Shown here piece after piece: positions 18,347 to 28,195 of a DNA stretch of 64,000 bases. The first letter of the stretch is position 1; each line of letters opens with the position of its first letter. The notes below the pieces were generated by a model. That model had not been told where the DNA came from. It did not search any database and saw only the letters and a list, made by a program, of their open reading frames with translations. A program made the translations under genes and the position numbers. The DNA is taken from NCBI GenBank assembly GCA_030628945.1, contig DAOVPY010000002.1:23831-87830 (forward strand), in the 5' to 3' direction. Source of the DNA: Candidatus Nealsonbacteria bacterium (lineage in GTDB: Bacteria > Patescibacteriota > Minisyncoccia > Minisyncoccales > DAOVPY01).

Positions 18347-18832
18347 TCACCCTGCTATTTCTACCGAGTCCACGTAATATCTATCTAAAATTTTAAAGAG
18401 AGTAACGGCTTCCACCAATTCGCCAACTTCATTCTCTTCTCTGATTTTTACTATAAATCTAAACGCAAAATCAGATAATTTTTCGCTTTTTATTATTTCA
18501 AAACTCTTAAAATCGTTAACCAAATCAAATTTGCCTTGGGAATACTGCTCCATTGCGTTCTCGGTCAAATAAATTAACGCCTGTTCTTTCTGTCTGGCAA
18601 TGCGGTTTTCCATAAACTTATCAAAAACATATTCAGCCGCATGTTGTTCCGCTTGAACCGCCTGTTGTTCTGTCGCTTCTTTCAGGGCCGGCACTTCTTT
18701 TTTGGCGAGTTGAAAAAACTGCCATACCAAAATACCTTCCGCTAAAACAACGCCTGAAACAGCGATCAAAATTATTATTGTCCAAATTGAAATTTTTCCT
18801 TGTGAAAATTGATTTGCGGTTTGATTATTCAT
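18347..18832 (-). CDS. hypothetical membrane-anchored protein
   Basis: 161 aa. One N-terminal TM (IWTIIILIAVSGVVLAEGILVW). Confidence 0.55.
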   Translation of the reverse strand: MNNQTANQFSQGKISIWTIIILIAVSGVVLAEGILVWQFFQLAKKEVPALKEATEQQAVQAEQHAAEYVFDKFMENRIARQKEQALIYLTENAMEQYSQGKFDLVNDFKSFEIIKSEKLSDFAFRFIVKIREENEVGELVEAVTLFKILDRYYVDSVEIAG

Positions 18833-18845
18833 TTTTTTTTATTTT

Positions 18846-20825
18846 TTAAATATCCAAGTTTTTAACTTTTTTGGCGTGCGCCTGGATGAACTTTCTACGG
18901 GGAAAAACCTCGTCGCCCATTAAAATATCAAAAATCCGGTCCGCCTCTTTGGCATTCTCAACAGTCACTTTCAATAAAATTCTGTTTTCCGGATTCATTG
19001 TTGTTATCCACAATTCTTCCGGATTCATTTCTCCCAAACCTTTATATCTTTGAATTGACGCAGGGGCCTGTTTCTGTTTCTTTATATCGCTTAAAATCTC
19101 TGTTTTGTCAGCATCGGTATAAGCGTATTCCAAGCGCCTGCCGCTTTGAATTTTGTAAAGCGGCGGCTGGGCAATGTAAAGATAGCCTTTTTCAATTATT
19201 TGAGGAAAATAACGGTAAAACAAGGTTAAAAGCAAAGTCCGAATATGCGAACCGTCCACATCAGCGTCAGACATCAATATAATTCTATGATATCTTAATT
19301 TTTCCAGATTAAAATCCTCGGCAATTGCCGTGCCCATGGCGATAATTAAAGATTTTATTTCTTTTGAATCCAAAATTTTATCCAAACGGGCCCTTTCCAC
19401 ATTCAAAATTTTTCCTTTGAGCGGCAAAATGGCCTGAAACCGCCGGTTCCTTGCCTGACGGCTGGAGCCTCCGGCTGATTCTCCTTCCACAATATAAAGT
19501 TCGGATTCCTCGGGCAAGCGCGAACTGCAATCAGCCAGTTTTCCTGGCAGGGCTAATCCGTCTAACGCGCCTTTTCTTAAAACGGTCTGCCGGGCCGCCC
19601 TTGCAGCTTTTCTTGCTTTGGCAACCAAAAGACAATTTTCAATAATAACTCTGGCATCCTGGGGATATCTTTCCAAAAAATCACACAAGCCCTCGGAAAC
19701 AACCGATTCCACTGCGAGCCGCGCTTCTGGATTGCCTAATTTTGCCTTTGTCTGCCCCTCAAATTGAGGTTCTTTTATTTTGACCGAAATTACACCGGTA
19801 AAGCCCTCTCTTATATCTTCGCCGGTAAGATTATCATCGCCGTCTTTAAGATAATTACTCCTTCTGGCATAATCATTAAGCGTTCGGGTAAGGGCGGCTC
19901 TAAAACCAGTAAGATGGCTTCCTCCCTCGCCCGTATAAATGTTATTGGCAAAACTTTCCTCGTAAGCTTCCCTCTCGTTAGTGTATCTGAAAGCGCCCTC
20001 TACTAAAATCCCCTCTTTTTCGCCATGCGTATAAAAAATTTCCTGCTGGCGAAAAGAAACGCCTCGCGTGAGATGCTTAATATACGCCCGAAGCCCGCCC
20101 TCAAAATAAAAAGTATAAATCTTATCCGGCGCTTTATCGTCGCGGCTGTCTTGAATGGTTATTTTAATACCTCTTGTCAAATAAGCCTGCTGGCGAAGAT
20201 GATTTAAGACCTTTTTCAGATTGAATTTTACTTCTTTAAAAATCTCCGTGTCCGGCTCAAAAGTAACGGTGGTTCCTGTCTGCCGGCAGGGGCTGATTTT
20301 TTTTACTTTTGTTTTCGCTATTCCCTCAGAATATTCCTGAACATACTTAAAACCTTGCCTGCAAACTTCGGCTTTCATATAAGAAGACAAAGCGCAAACA
20401 ACTGAAACGCCAACCCCGTGAAGACCGCCGGCCACCTGATATGCCTTGCCTCCAAATTTTGCTCCGGCATGCAGGGTAGTCATCACTGTCTCCAGGGCCG
20501 ACTTTTTGGTCTGAGGATGCTTGTCAACCGGAATGCCCCGGCCGTTGTCAGAAACCCTTACTCTGTTATTCGGCAAAAAACTTACTTCCATCCTGTTCCC
20601 GTATCCCATTATAAATTCATCTAAAACATTGTCGCAGCATTCCCAAATTAAATGATGTAAACCGTCAAATCCTGTAGAACCAATATACATTGCGGGCCGG
20701 CGCCGCACCGGAGCCAGACCTTGCAGGACATAAATGTCCTTTGCTGTATAGGATTCCTTTTGTTTTCGGGACTTCTTTATTTCCTTTATCTTATTTTGTT
20801 TTTTGATTATTTTTTTACGAACCAT
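18846..20825 (-). CDS. gyrB: DNA gyrase subunit B
   Basis: GLHHLIWECCDNVLDE, GGLHGVG, EGESAGGS, PLKGKILNVE, IMSDADVDGSHI. Confidence 0.97.
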   Translation of the reverse strand: MVRKKIIKKQNKIKEIKKSRKQKESYTAKDIYVLQGLAPVRRRPAMYIGSTGFDGLHHLIWECCDNVLDEFIMGYGNRMEVSFLPNNRVRVSDNGRGIPVDKHPQTKKSALETVMTTLHAGAKFGGKAYQVAGGLHGVGVSVVCALSSYMKAEVCRQGFKYVQEYSEGIAKTKVKKISPCRQTGTTVTFEPDTEIFKEVKFNLKKVLNHLRQQAYLTRGIKITIQDSRDDKAPDKIYTFYFEGGLRAYIKHLTRGVSFRQQEIFYTHGEKEGILVEGAFRYTNEREAYEESFANNIYTGEGGSHLTGFRAALTRTLNDYARRSNYLKDGDDNLTGEDIREGFTGVISVKIKEPQFEGQTKAKLGNPEARLAVESVVSEGLCDFLERYPQDARVIIENCLLVAKARKAARAARQTVLRKGALDGLALPGKLADCSSRLPEESELYIVEGESAGGSSRQARNRRFQAILPLKGKILNVERARLDKILDSKEIKSLIIAMGTAIAEDFNLEKLRYHRIILMSDADVDGSHIRTLLLTLFYRYFPQIIEKGYLYIAQPPLYKIQSGRRLEYAYTDADKTEILSDIKKQKQAPASIQRYKGLGEMNPEELWITTMNPENRILLKVTVENAKEADRIFDILMGDEVFPRRKFIQAHAKKVKNLDI

Positions 20826-20833
20826 AGTATTAA

Positions 20834-20947
20834 ACGTAAAGTGTAAAGTGAAAAGCGCAAAATAACAACTAAAAATTCAAAACAAAATTAAATTAAAAGT
20901 TTTAAGTTTTGAACTGTTGCTTTTCGCTTTTCGCTTTTCGTTTTGAG
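20834..20947. repeat. palindromic intergenic repeat element, copy 1
   Basis: Shares a 63-nt block (20867-20929) with 26428-26490, differing at one position. Flanks hold AAAGTG-type and cttttcg-type short repeats. Internal inverted repeats include ttcaaaac / gttttgaa. Confidence 0.9.
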
Positions 20948-20949
20948 TT

Positions 20950-23034
20950 TTATTTTCTTACTTCCCACGACGGCTGGCTTTCCAGCGCTTGCGCGATTTT
21001 TTGATGGACTGCGTCTATTTCTTTCGCGGTCAGAGTTCTGTCCTTTGCCTGATAAATAATATGAAAGGCGAAATTCTTTTTTCCCTCGGGCAATTCTTCG
21101 CCTTCGTAAATATCAAAAACATCCACATCCATGATTAATTTCCCTCCTGCCGTGTTAATTTTATTCAAAACCTCCACCACTTTTACTTTCCTCGGCACCA
21201 AGACAGCGATATCCCGGACAGCTGCCGGATAAGCGGAAATTGGCTGATACACCTGTTCTTCCGAGCATTGCTTTGCCAATCTTTCAAAATCAATGTTAAA
21301 AGCAACTACTCTTTGTTTAATTTTCAAAACTCTCAAAACCCCCTCGGAAATCCCTGCTAAAAATCCTATCTCTTCTCTATTAATCTTTATAACCGCGCAT
21401 TGTTCAAATGGGCGCATACCCGATTTTTTTGACGAACACTCATTATACCAAATATCGCTGATGCCTAATTTATTTAATAGTAAATCAACTATTCCTTTTA
21501 ATTCGTAAAACCCTTGTTTTGTTTCTCTTGTTGTTATAACACCCGCCAGACTCGTTTTTTCATGATTTTTACCAATAAAAATTTTGCCAATCTCAAAAAC
21601 TTTTATTTTCTCAAAATATTCTTGATTTTTTTGAATATTTTTCAGTAAATTGGGAATCAAACTCGGCCTCAAATATTTCTGCTCAACACTCACCGGATTC
21701 TCAACCTCAAGTAATCCCGGAATTTGTAACTTAAAATTTGAAACTTGTTTAGGGGAAATAAAAGAATAATTATAGACCTCTGCAAATCCAACTTCTTTCA
21801 AAATATTTTTTACCATTCCCTGCCAAAACAAATTGTCATTTTTCTGCGGCGGAATTAAAGTTGTTGTTGGCAAAATCCCGTTAATTTTTTCATATCCAAA
21901 AATTCGCGCAATTTCCTCAATTAAATCTTCCGGAATAGAAATATCTAATCTGAATGTGGGAACGCCCACATTCAGAATTTTCCTGAACCACGCTTTTAAC
22001 GGGGGACTCCCCCGCAGGGCTGCTTTGCTCCCGCTTTCAACGGGATTCAAACCCAATGATTTTAGAATTTTTATTATCTCTTTTTTGGAAATTTTTACGC
22101 CCAATAATTTATCAATATAAACCAAGTCCAATTTGATTATTTTTGGCAAGACCTTCTTGGGATAAAAATCCAGCAAGCCATTTGCGATTTTTCCATGGCT
22201 AATTTCTTGAATTAAACTTGTCGCTTTATTTATTGCCGCTTCAGTTAAATTCGGGTCTAATCCATGTTCAAAACGATAAGAGGCGTCAGTTTTCAGATTC
22301 AGCAATTTTGAACCTCGCCGAATAATTTGCGGCTCAAAATTCGCGGCCTCCAAAACTATTGTTTTGGTATTTTCATCAATCTCCGCTTTTTTGCCGCCTT
22401 TAATCCCGGCTATGGCCAACGGTTCCTTACTATCCGCAATTACTAAAATATTCTCATCTAACTCATATTTACTCCCATCCAAAGTGATTATCTCTTCTCC
22501 TCTCTTCGCTTTTCTCACAATGATTGTTTTGCCTTTGATTTTCTCAAAATCAAAAGCGTGCAGGGGTTGTCCTGTTTCTAACATTACATAATTTGCCGCG
22601 TCAACCACGTTATTGATTGGCTGTAAACCGCAAATTTTCAACCGCTCTTGCATCCATTTTGGCGAAAGACCAACTTTTACGCCAGTAATCATCCGGGCTG
22701 TATAACGAGAACACGATTTTTTGTCCGCAACTTCTACATTTAAAAAATTCTTGATGTTTAACTTTGAACTTTTAACTTTAATTTTTAACTTTTCATTTTT
22801 GACTTTTAACTTTGTAATCGCTCCTATCTCTCTCGCTAATCCCAAATAACAAGCGCAATCCGGCACCCTGTTTGGCAAAATATCAACATCCAAAACCCAA
22901 TCCTTGCCAGATTTTCTAATTTCTTCAACTTCAAAACTGCGAATAGCCAAAATCTCTGCCAACTTCTCTGGCTTGGGTAATTTTTTATTGAAAAAAGATT
23001 GCAGCCAATTATATGAAAAAATCATAATAATCAA
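20950..23034 (-). CDS. pheT: phenylalanyl-tRNA synthetase beta subunit
   Basis: FSYNWLQSF start, B3/4 and B5 regions, DLIEEIARIFGYEKI. 694 aa. Overlaps the pheS stop by 4 nt. Confidence 0.9.
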   Translation of the reverse strand: MIIMIFSYNWLQSFFNKKLPKPEKLAEILAIRSFEVEEIRKSGKDWVLDVDILPNRVPDCACYLGLAREIGAITKLKVKNEKLKIKVKSSKLNIKNFLNVEVADKKSCSRYTARMITGVKVGLSPKWMQERLKICGLQPINNVVDAANYVMLETGQPLHAFDFEKIKGKTIIVRKAKRGEEIITLDGSKYELDENILVIADSKEPLAIAGIKGGKKAEIDENTKTIVLEAANFEPQIIRRGSKLLNLKTDASYRFEHGLDPNLTEAAINKATSLIQEISHGKIANGLLDFYPKKVLPKIIKLDLVYIDKLLGVKISKKEIIKILKSLGLNPVESGSKAALRGSPPLKAWFRKILNVGVPTFRLDISIPEDLIEEIARIFGYEKINGILPTTTLIPPQKNDNLFWQGMVKNILKEVGFAEVYNYSFISPKQVSNFKLQIPGLLEVENPVSVEQKYLRPSLIPNLLKNIQKNQEYFEKIKVFEIGKIFIGKNHEKTSLAGVITTRETKQGFYELKGIVDLLLNKLGISDIWYNECSSKKSGMRPFEQCAVIKINREEIGFLAGISEGVLRVLKIKQRVVAFNIDFERLAKQCSEEQVYQPISAYPAAVRDIAVLVPRKVKVVEVLNKINTAGGKLIMDVDVFDIYEGEELPEGKKNFAFHIIYQAKDRTLTAKEIDAVHQKIAQALESQPSWEVRK

Positions 23035-23810
23035 AACTGTTCTAAAAATCGCAGGTCGTTGGAATAGAACAAACGGATATCGTTTATTTTGTATTTCATC
23101 ATTGCCAAACGGTCTAAACTAATACAGAAAGCAAACCCCTGCCAGAATTTAGGGTTGTAACCAACCGCCTTAAAAACATTGGGATGAACCATTCCGCCAG
23201 GCCAAAGTTCTATCCAGCCGGTCTGACCGCAAGTTGAACATCCTTTCCCTTTACAAACAAGACACTGGATATCCATCTCAAAGCTTGGCTCGGTAAAAGG
23301 AAAATAACCGGGTCTCATTCTTATTTTGACTTCTTTATTAAAAAATCGCTGAAAAAATTCTTTTGCTATTGCCTTGAAATTAGCCATTGAAATATCTTTG
23401 CCTATCATCAAACCTTCCACGTGATAAAATTGAACGTCGTGAGAAGCGTCTGTTGCTTCGTGCCGAAAAACCCTGCCCGGCGCGATAATCCTGAATGGCG
23501 GCTGATGCTTTTCCATATATCTAATTTGCACCGGCGAGGTGTGAGTACGAAGCAGTAGTTTATTTTTCAGCCAAAGAGTGTCCCACATATCCCGGGCCGG
23601 GTGGTCTTTGGGAATATTCAAAGCGTCAAAATTATACCATTCAGTTTCTATCTCTGGACCGCCAATTATGCTAAAACCCATTTGCTGAAAAATCTCCTCA
23701 ACCTGCCTTCTTACTAAAGTTAAAGGATGAAGATGGCCAAAAAATTGCTTTTTCCCGGGCGCGGTAACATCTATTCCCTGCTGTTTAATTTTAAGATTAT
23801 ATAAGCCCAT
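23031..23810 (-). CDS. pheS: phenylalanyl-tRNA synthetase alpha subunit, lacking the long N-terminal coiled coil
   Basis: GHLHPLT, RTHTSPVQIR, FRIIAPGRVFRHEATDASHDVQFYHVEGL, FPFTEPS, GWIELWPGGMVHP. Confidence 0.95.
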   Translation of the reverse strand: MGLYNLKIKQQGIDVTAPGKKQFFGHLHPLTLVRRQVEEIFQQMGFSIIGGPEIETEWYNFDALNIPKDHPARDMWDTLWLKNKLLLRTHTSPVQIRYMEKHQPPFRIIAPGRVFRHEATDASHDVQFYHVEGLMIGKDISMANFKAIAKEFFQRFFNKEVKIRMRPGYFPFTEPSFEMDIQCLVCKGKGCSTCGQTGWIELWPGGMVHPNVFKAVGYNPKFWQGFAFCISLDRLAMMKYKINDIRLFYSNDLRFLEQF

Positions 23811-23824
23811 TATTGTATTTTATC

Positions 23825-24049
23825 CTAATTTAAAGCAAAAAACAACCTGTTGAAAACTACAAATTCACCACAATCATCGGCTCTCCTGCCATTTTCAACC
23901 TCGGTATTCAGTAAAATATTTTCCGAGTTATTTTCAGGCGTTATTCCAATAACTTGAGGAGGCAGGACAAAAAAATAAAAACCGGTTCCTGTCGCGACAA
24001 AAATGAATAACAAGAAGAAGAAAAAAATGAATTTGAAAATCAATTTCAT
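23825..24049 (-). CDS. small membrane protein
   Basis: 74 aa with an N-terminal TM. Overlaps the upstream gene stop by 4 nt. Confidence 0.45.
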   Translation of the reverse strand: MKLIFKFIFFFFLLFIFVATGTGFYFFVLPPQVIGITPENNSENILLNTEVENGRRADDCGEFVVFNRLFFALN

Positions 24050-25209
24050 AAATTTTGTTTTAATTCAATGATTTTTAGAACCGGTTGTTCTATTTTTTCT
24101 TTTGAGAGCTCTTTGTTTTCAACTTCTTCTAAAAGCAAACTGAAAGACGTCTTTACGTCTTCCGGCTGGACAAAACCTGCCACCAGTAAAATATCCACCC
24201 CCGCTTTCACGGAAAAAATTATAGAATTTGGCAGAGAAAACTCTTTTTTCAGAGTTTTACTGGATAAATCGTCAGATATCAGCAAACAGTCGCTGCCTAA
24301 GGCGTTTTTCAAAAATTGAATACTTTTTGAAGAAAAAGCGAACGCCAGGTCTTGGTCTATTTTTTCATAAACAGCATTGGAAATCATTATCATTTCCGGC
24401 TCAGCCTCCATTGCTTTCTGAAATTGAGAAATCTCGGGTATTTTTGGCAAAAAAGGGATTTTCTCTGTTTCCGGATTAAAAGAAATGTTTCCGTAACCGG
24501 GAAAATGTTTTATAGCGGTCAAAATACCCGCTTCTTTTTGGCCCAAAATTATAGATTTTGCCAAGACGCCGGTTGAGGCCGGGGTTTTTTGAAAAGTTCT
24601 GGAGAATATAAAATCACCTGACGTTGATGTATCCAATACCGGCGCCAAATTAAGATTAACTCCTAATTTTTTGAGTTCTTTCCCTCTCCTTAATCCAACT
24701 TGGCGCGCGTCTTGTATATTTTTAATTTCTGATTGGGCAATTTTCTCTTCCAGCCATCCAATTCGGCAAAGCGGCTCACCTTCCTGGTCCACGGCAATAA
24801 ATAAGGGCAGGCCTGTATCTTCTAACGCGGCTTTTTGCAAATCATTAATCAGATCTTTCAATTGCTTTTCGTTTTTAATGTTTCTTTTCAGTAAAAGTAT
24901 GCCGCCGGGATGTATCTCTTTAATTAAATCTCTCAATTCAGGAGTTAAAACGATTCCTTCAAAGCCGATTATAAACATCTGGCCAACTTTTTGTTCTAAT
25001 GTAAGCCCTTGTAAAATCTCTTCGGCTTTGGCTAAATAAGGCTGGAACGAATCAGAAATTTTGATTTCTTGGAAATTGACCCGGTTTATTTTTCTGTCTT
25101 CAATCATTACTTCAAGGAAAAACCCAAAAATAAGAAAGCTTCCCACTAATATAAAAAGAATTATCAAATAAGAAATTTTTTGCATTTCATTAAAAACGAT
25201 TCGCCGCAA
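24046..25209 (-). CDS. glycoside hydrolase family 3 beta-N-acetylhexosaminidase-like (NagZ-like), membrane-anchored
   Basis: KVGQMFIIGF, AVDQEGE, KHFPGYG. Confidence 0.8.
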   Translation of the reverse strand: MRRIVFNEMQKISYLIILFILVGSFLIFGFFLEVMIEDRKINRVNFQEIKISDSFQPYLAKAEEILQGLTLEQKVGQMFIIGFEGIVLTPELRDLIKEIHPGGILLLKRNIKNEKQLKDLINDLQKAALEDTGLPLFIAVDQEGEPLCRIGWLEEKIAQSEIKNIQDARQVGLRRGKELKKLGVNLNLAPVLDTSTSGDFIFSRTFQKTPASTGVLAKSIILGQKEAGILTAIKHFPGYGNISFNPETEKIPFLPKIPEISQFQKAMEAEPEMIMISNAVYEKIDQDLAFAFSSKSIQFLKNALGSDCLLISDDLSSKTLKKEFSLPNSIIFSVKAGVDILLVAGFVQPEDVKTSFSLLLEEVENKELSKEKIEQPVLKIIELKQNL

Positions 25210-25259
25210 GCGAATTGTTTTAGTTTAATCGGGAAACATATTTTTTAACGATAAAATTA

Positions 25260-26387
25260 TTAAGCTTTAACTTCTTCAACTATTTTTTCCATTTCCATTT
25301 CTTTTGAACCGGTAATCAAAATCAAATCCCCTTTTTTCATTTTTTTCTGCAAAGCAAGGCCGGCTTCCGCGGTTTTGTCAAATTGAAAAATATTTTCCTT
25401 TGGAATTCCTTTGTCTAAAGCGCTTTTCGCGATAAATTTTGCTCTTTGCCCAACGGTAAAAAGCAAATCTACGCAGGCGGCCGCTTTCTCTCCAAGGGAT
25501 TCATGAGCTTCAACGCTATATTTCCCGATTTCTAAAATATCTCCCAAAACAGCGATTTTTCTGCCGTTTAAACCTCGCTTCTTTAAATCCAAACCCCATG
25601 GATTAATCCTTGATAAAATCTCCAGGGCCTCTGTTGTAGAATAAACAGTGGCGCCATTGCTGTTGTCTAAAATCCAGGAATTTTTTATCCCCTTGAGCAG
25701 CTTCATGCGGCCGCGTATACCCTGATAATTTTTTAGGGCTTGAGAAATTTGAACTAAATTCAAGCCAAAAATTATGCCAGCGGACGCCGCCACTAAGGCG
25801 GCGTAGATTTGTTCTTTGCCGAAAACCTTTTCCAGCCAAAATGGAATAATGTTGCCCTTATGATTTATTTTAAAATTTGTGCCGCCGTTTAATAAAATAT
25901 CGCTGGCCCGAAAATCAGCGTTTTTCTGAAAACCAAACGTCAAAGTGTGAAGATTGGTGAAATCGTCTATTTCTCTCACGGTTTCATCATCAAAATTTAA
26001 AATTAAATAACTGCGGGCTGGCAATGTCTTGGACAATTCAACAATCTCTTTAAGTTGTTTTTTCTCCCCGGCGAAAAAATCTTTATTTGAAGGAATCTCT
26101 CCTATATGGGTTATTGCCAAAACCAACAGCCGCGATTTCTTAATGAAAAAATTTAGATTTTGGGCTGTCCCGCCTCTCGCGCTTTTTTCAAAAAAAGTAA
26201 AGGGTAAAATCAAAACTTCGGACCCTAAAACACTCTTAAGGCCGATGTTTTGGCACTTTTTAACCTTAAAATGCTGAGATAAAATGATATAAATTGCCTC
26301 AGCCGCCGTCTCGTAATTATTGCCGGCGACAATAATGAGTTTCGGCTTTTTAAGAGAGAATATAAGTTTTGTGAAAAAATCAAACAT
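25260..26387 (-). CDS. Mur-ligase family protein, MurF-like with a degenerate ATP-binding loop
   Basis: C-terminal half is MurF-like (GRMKLL...ILDNSNGATVYST...KIAVLGDILEIGKYSVEAHESLG). The position of GxxGKT reads VAGNNYET. Confidence 0.65.
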   Translation of the reverse strand: MFDFFTKLIFSLKKPKLIIVAGNNYETAAEAIYIILSQHFKVKKCQNIGLKSVLGSEVLILPFTFFEKSARGGTAQNLNFFIKKSRLLVLAITHIGEIPSNKDFFAGEKKQLKEIVELSKTLPARSYLILNFDDETVREIDDFTNLHTLTFGFQKNADFRASDILLNGGTNFKINHKGNIIPFWLEKVFGKEQIYAALVAASAGIIFGLNLVQISQALKNYQGIRGRMKLLKGIKNSWILDNSNGATVYSTTEALEILSRINPWGLDLKKRGLNGRKIAVLGDILEIGKYSVEAHESLGEKAAACVDLLFTVGQRAKFIAKSALDKGIPKENIFQFDKTAEAGLALQKKMKKGDLILITGSKEMEMEKIVEEVKA

Positions 26388-26404
26388 AATCGCTAACGCT
26401 CAAA

Positions 26405-26522
26405 GCGTAAAGTGTAAAGCGAAAAAAGCAAAATAACAACTAAAAATTCAAAACAAAATTTAATTAAAAGTTTTAAGTTTTGAACTGTTGTTTTGCGTTT
26501 TTCACTTTTCATTTTGCGTTTT
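26405..26522. repeat. palindromic intergenic repeat element, copy 2
   Basis: See copy 1. Same orientation, again between the stop of one minus-strand gene (ftsI) and the start of the next. Confidence 0.9.
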
Positions 26523-26524
26523 TT

Positions 26525-28195
26525 TTAGTGGTCCGGCGGAATTTGATAAGAGTCAATGATATGTTTGGCTAATTTCTGAAAAATTGGCAACGCCGAATAT
26601 TCAGCCGTTTTGGTCTTGGGATTGTCTAATTTAACTAAAATCAAAAATTCTGGCTCAAAAGCCGGAGCCCAGCCAATAAACGACTGCCAGGTTTTATCGG
26701 CTGAATATGTTCCCTTTTCCGGCACCTGAGCCGTGCCGGTTTTGCCGGCAACATAATAACCCGGGATTTTCGCGCCTTTGGCAAAACCGTTTTCCACCAC
26801 GCTTACCAACATCGCCGTAAGAACAGAAGCTGTCCTCCGGGAAATTATATCATGGGAAATTATCTCGGGCCTGGTTTCAATTATTTTATCATTTTCAATA
26901 ATTTTTTCCACCACATAGGGCTTAATTAATTTCCCGCCGTTAGCAACAACGCAGAAAGCCCTTGCCAGCTGAATCGGAGTCATCTCAACCCCCTGGCCGA
27001 AAGACGCGGTAGCGAAATTTATTTCATAGCCCTTTTTCAACTCTTCATTAAGAGAACTAATTTCCCACGGCAAATCAATCCCTGTCTTTTCTAAAAGTCC
27101 AAAACGTTCAATATATTCCAAAAAAACATTATGTCCGGCTTGTCTTTCGGCAAACACGGCGCCGGTATTAATGGACTTCTCCAGAACCTCGGTCATTGAA
27201 ATTTTGCCCGGATAAATCATTTGTCCGTAATTTTCAATAGTTCTGCCACCTATTTTTACAATTCCCGGATCAACATACAATGTCTGCGGCGTTATTTTCT
27301 CTTCGTTAAGAGCGGCGGCCATGGTGATTACCTTAAAAACCGAACCGGGTTCAAAGAGTTTCTGAACCGCGCCGTTGAGAAATATCTCAAAATTTTCTTC
27401 TTCAGAATATTTATTGGGATTAAAACAAGGAAAATTGGCTAAAGCAAGAATCTTGCCGGAATGCGGATTCATAACTATAATCTCACCCCCTTCAATATCT
27501 AAATTGTCTTGCGCTTCTTTCAATAATTTTTCGGCAAAATATTGAATGTCGTAATCAACGGTAAGAATAAGGTCGGCTCCTTTTTCAGTTTTATTCCTCT
27601 CTAATAAAGAAAAGAACAAATATCCGCCAGAACCCCTTTCTCCCTCCATAAGCCCTTGCTCCCCCTTTAAAACATCATTCCAATATTCTTCCAAACCATA
27701 TTGACCGGCTCCCTCTCCTCCCAAAAAACCAACAAGCTGAGAAGCTAAAGACTTTTGAGGATATTCCCGCCAAATTTCTTCTCTCAAATAAACCCCGTGC
27801 AAATTTAACGTTTCTAAAGCATCCGCTTGTTCCGTGGTTAATCGCGTCTTGAGTAATTCAAATGAACTGCTGTTTTTTTCGATTTTTCTCAAAACCCATT
27901 CCTGGTCCAAGCCCAGAACGTCATTCAATAGGGCAGCTGTTTCCTGTTTTTTATCAATTTCCTTGGGCGAAACGTAGAGATATTTTCCTTTAATGCTGGT
28001 TGCCAATATTTCTTTGTTTTTAAAAAAAATCCCGCCTCGCTCTCCCTGAGTGGAAGAAAAAATTTTCTGCTGGCCCATGGCCAAAGCGCTGTAAAAATCG
28101 TAATAAATAACTTGGAGAAAAAACAAGCGGGTTCCTATTACCGCTCCAAAAAGAATAATTAAAATTAAAATGAAATTCGTCCGCCAATGTTTCAT
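26525..28195 (-). CDS. ftsI: penicillin-binding protein 2/3-type transpeptidase
   Basis: N-terminal TM. SxxK (GSVFKVIT), SxN (KSINT), KTG (GKTGTAQ). Sits in the dcw cluster. Confidence 0.9.
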   Translation of the reverse strand: MKHWRTNFILILIILFGAVIGTRLFFLQVIYYDFYSALAMGQQKIFSSTQGERGGIFFKNKEILATSIKGKYLYVSPKEIDKKQETAALLNDVLGLDQEWVLRKIEKNSSSFELLKTRLTTEQADALETLNLHGVYLREEIWREYPQKSLASQLVGFLGGEGAGQYGLEEYWNDVLKGEQGLMEGERGSGGYLFFSLLERNKTEKGADLILTVDYDIQYFAEKLLKEAQDNLDIEGGEIIVMNPHSGKILALANFPCFNPNKYSEEENFEIFLNGAVQKLFEPGSVFKVITMAAALNEEKITPQTLYVDPGIVKIGGRTIENYGQMIYPGKISMTEVLEKSINTGAVFAERQAGHNVFLEYIERFGLLEKTGIDLPWEISSLNEELKKGYEINFATASFGQGVEMTPIQLARAFCVVANGGKLIKPYVVEKIIENDKIIETRPEIISHDIISRRTASVLTAMLVSVVENGFAKGAKIPGYYVAGKTGTAQVPEKGTYSADKTWQSFIGWAPAFEPEFLILVKLDNPKTKTAEYSALPIFQKLAKHIIDSYQIPPDH

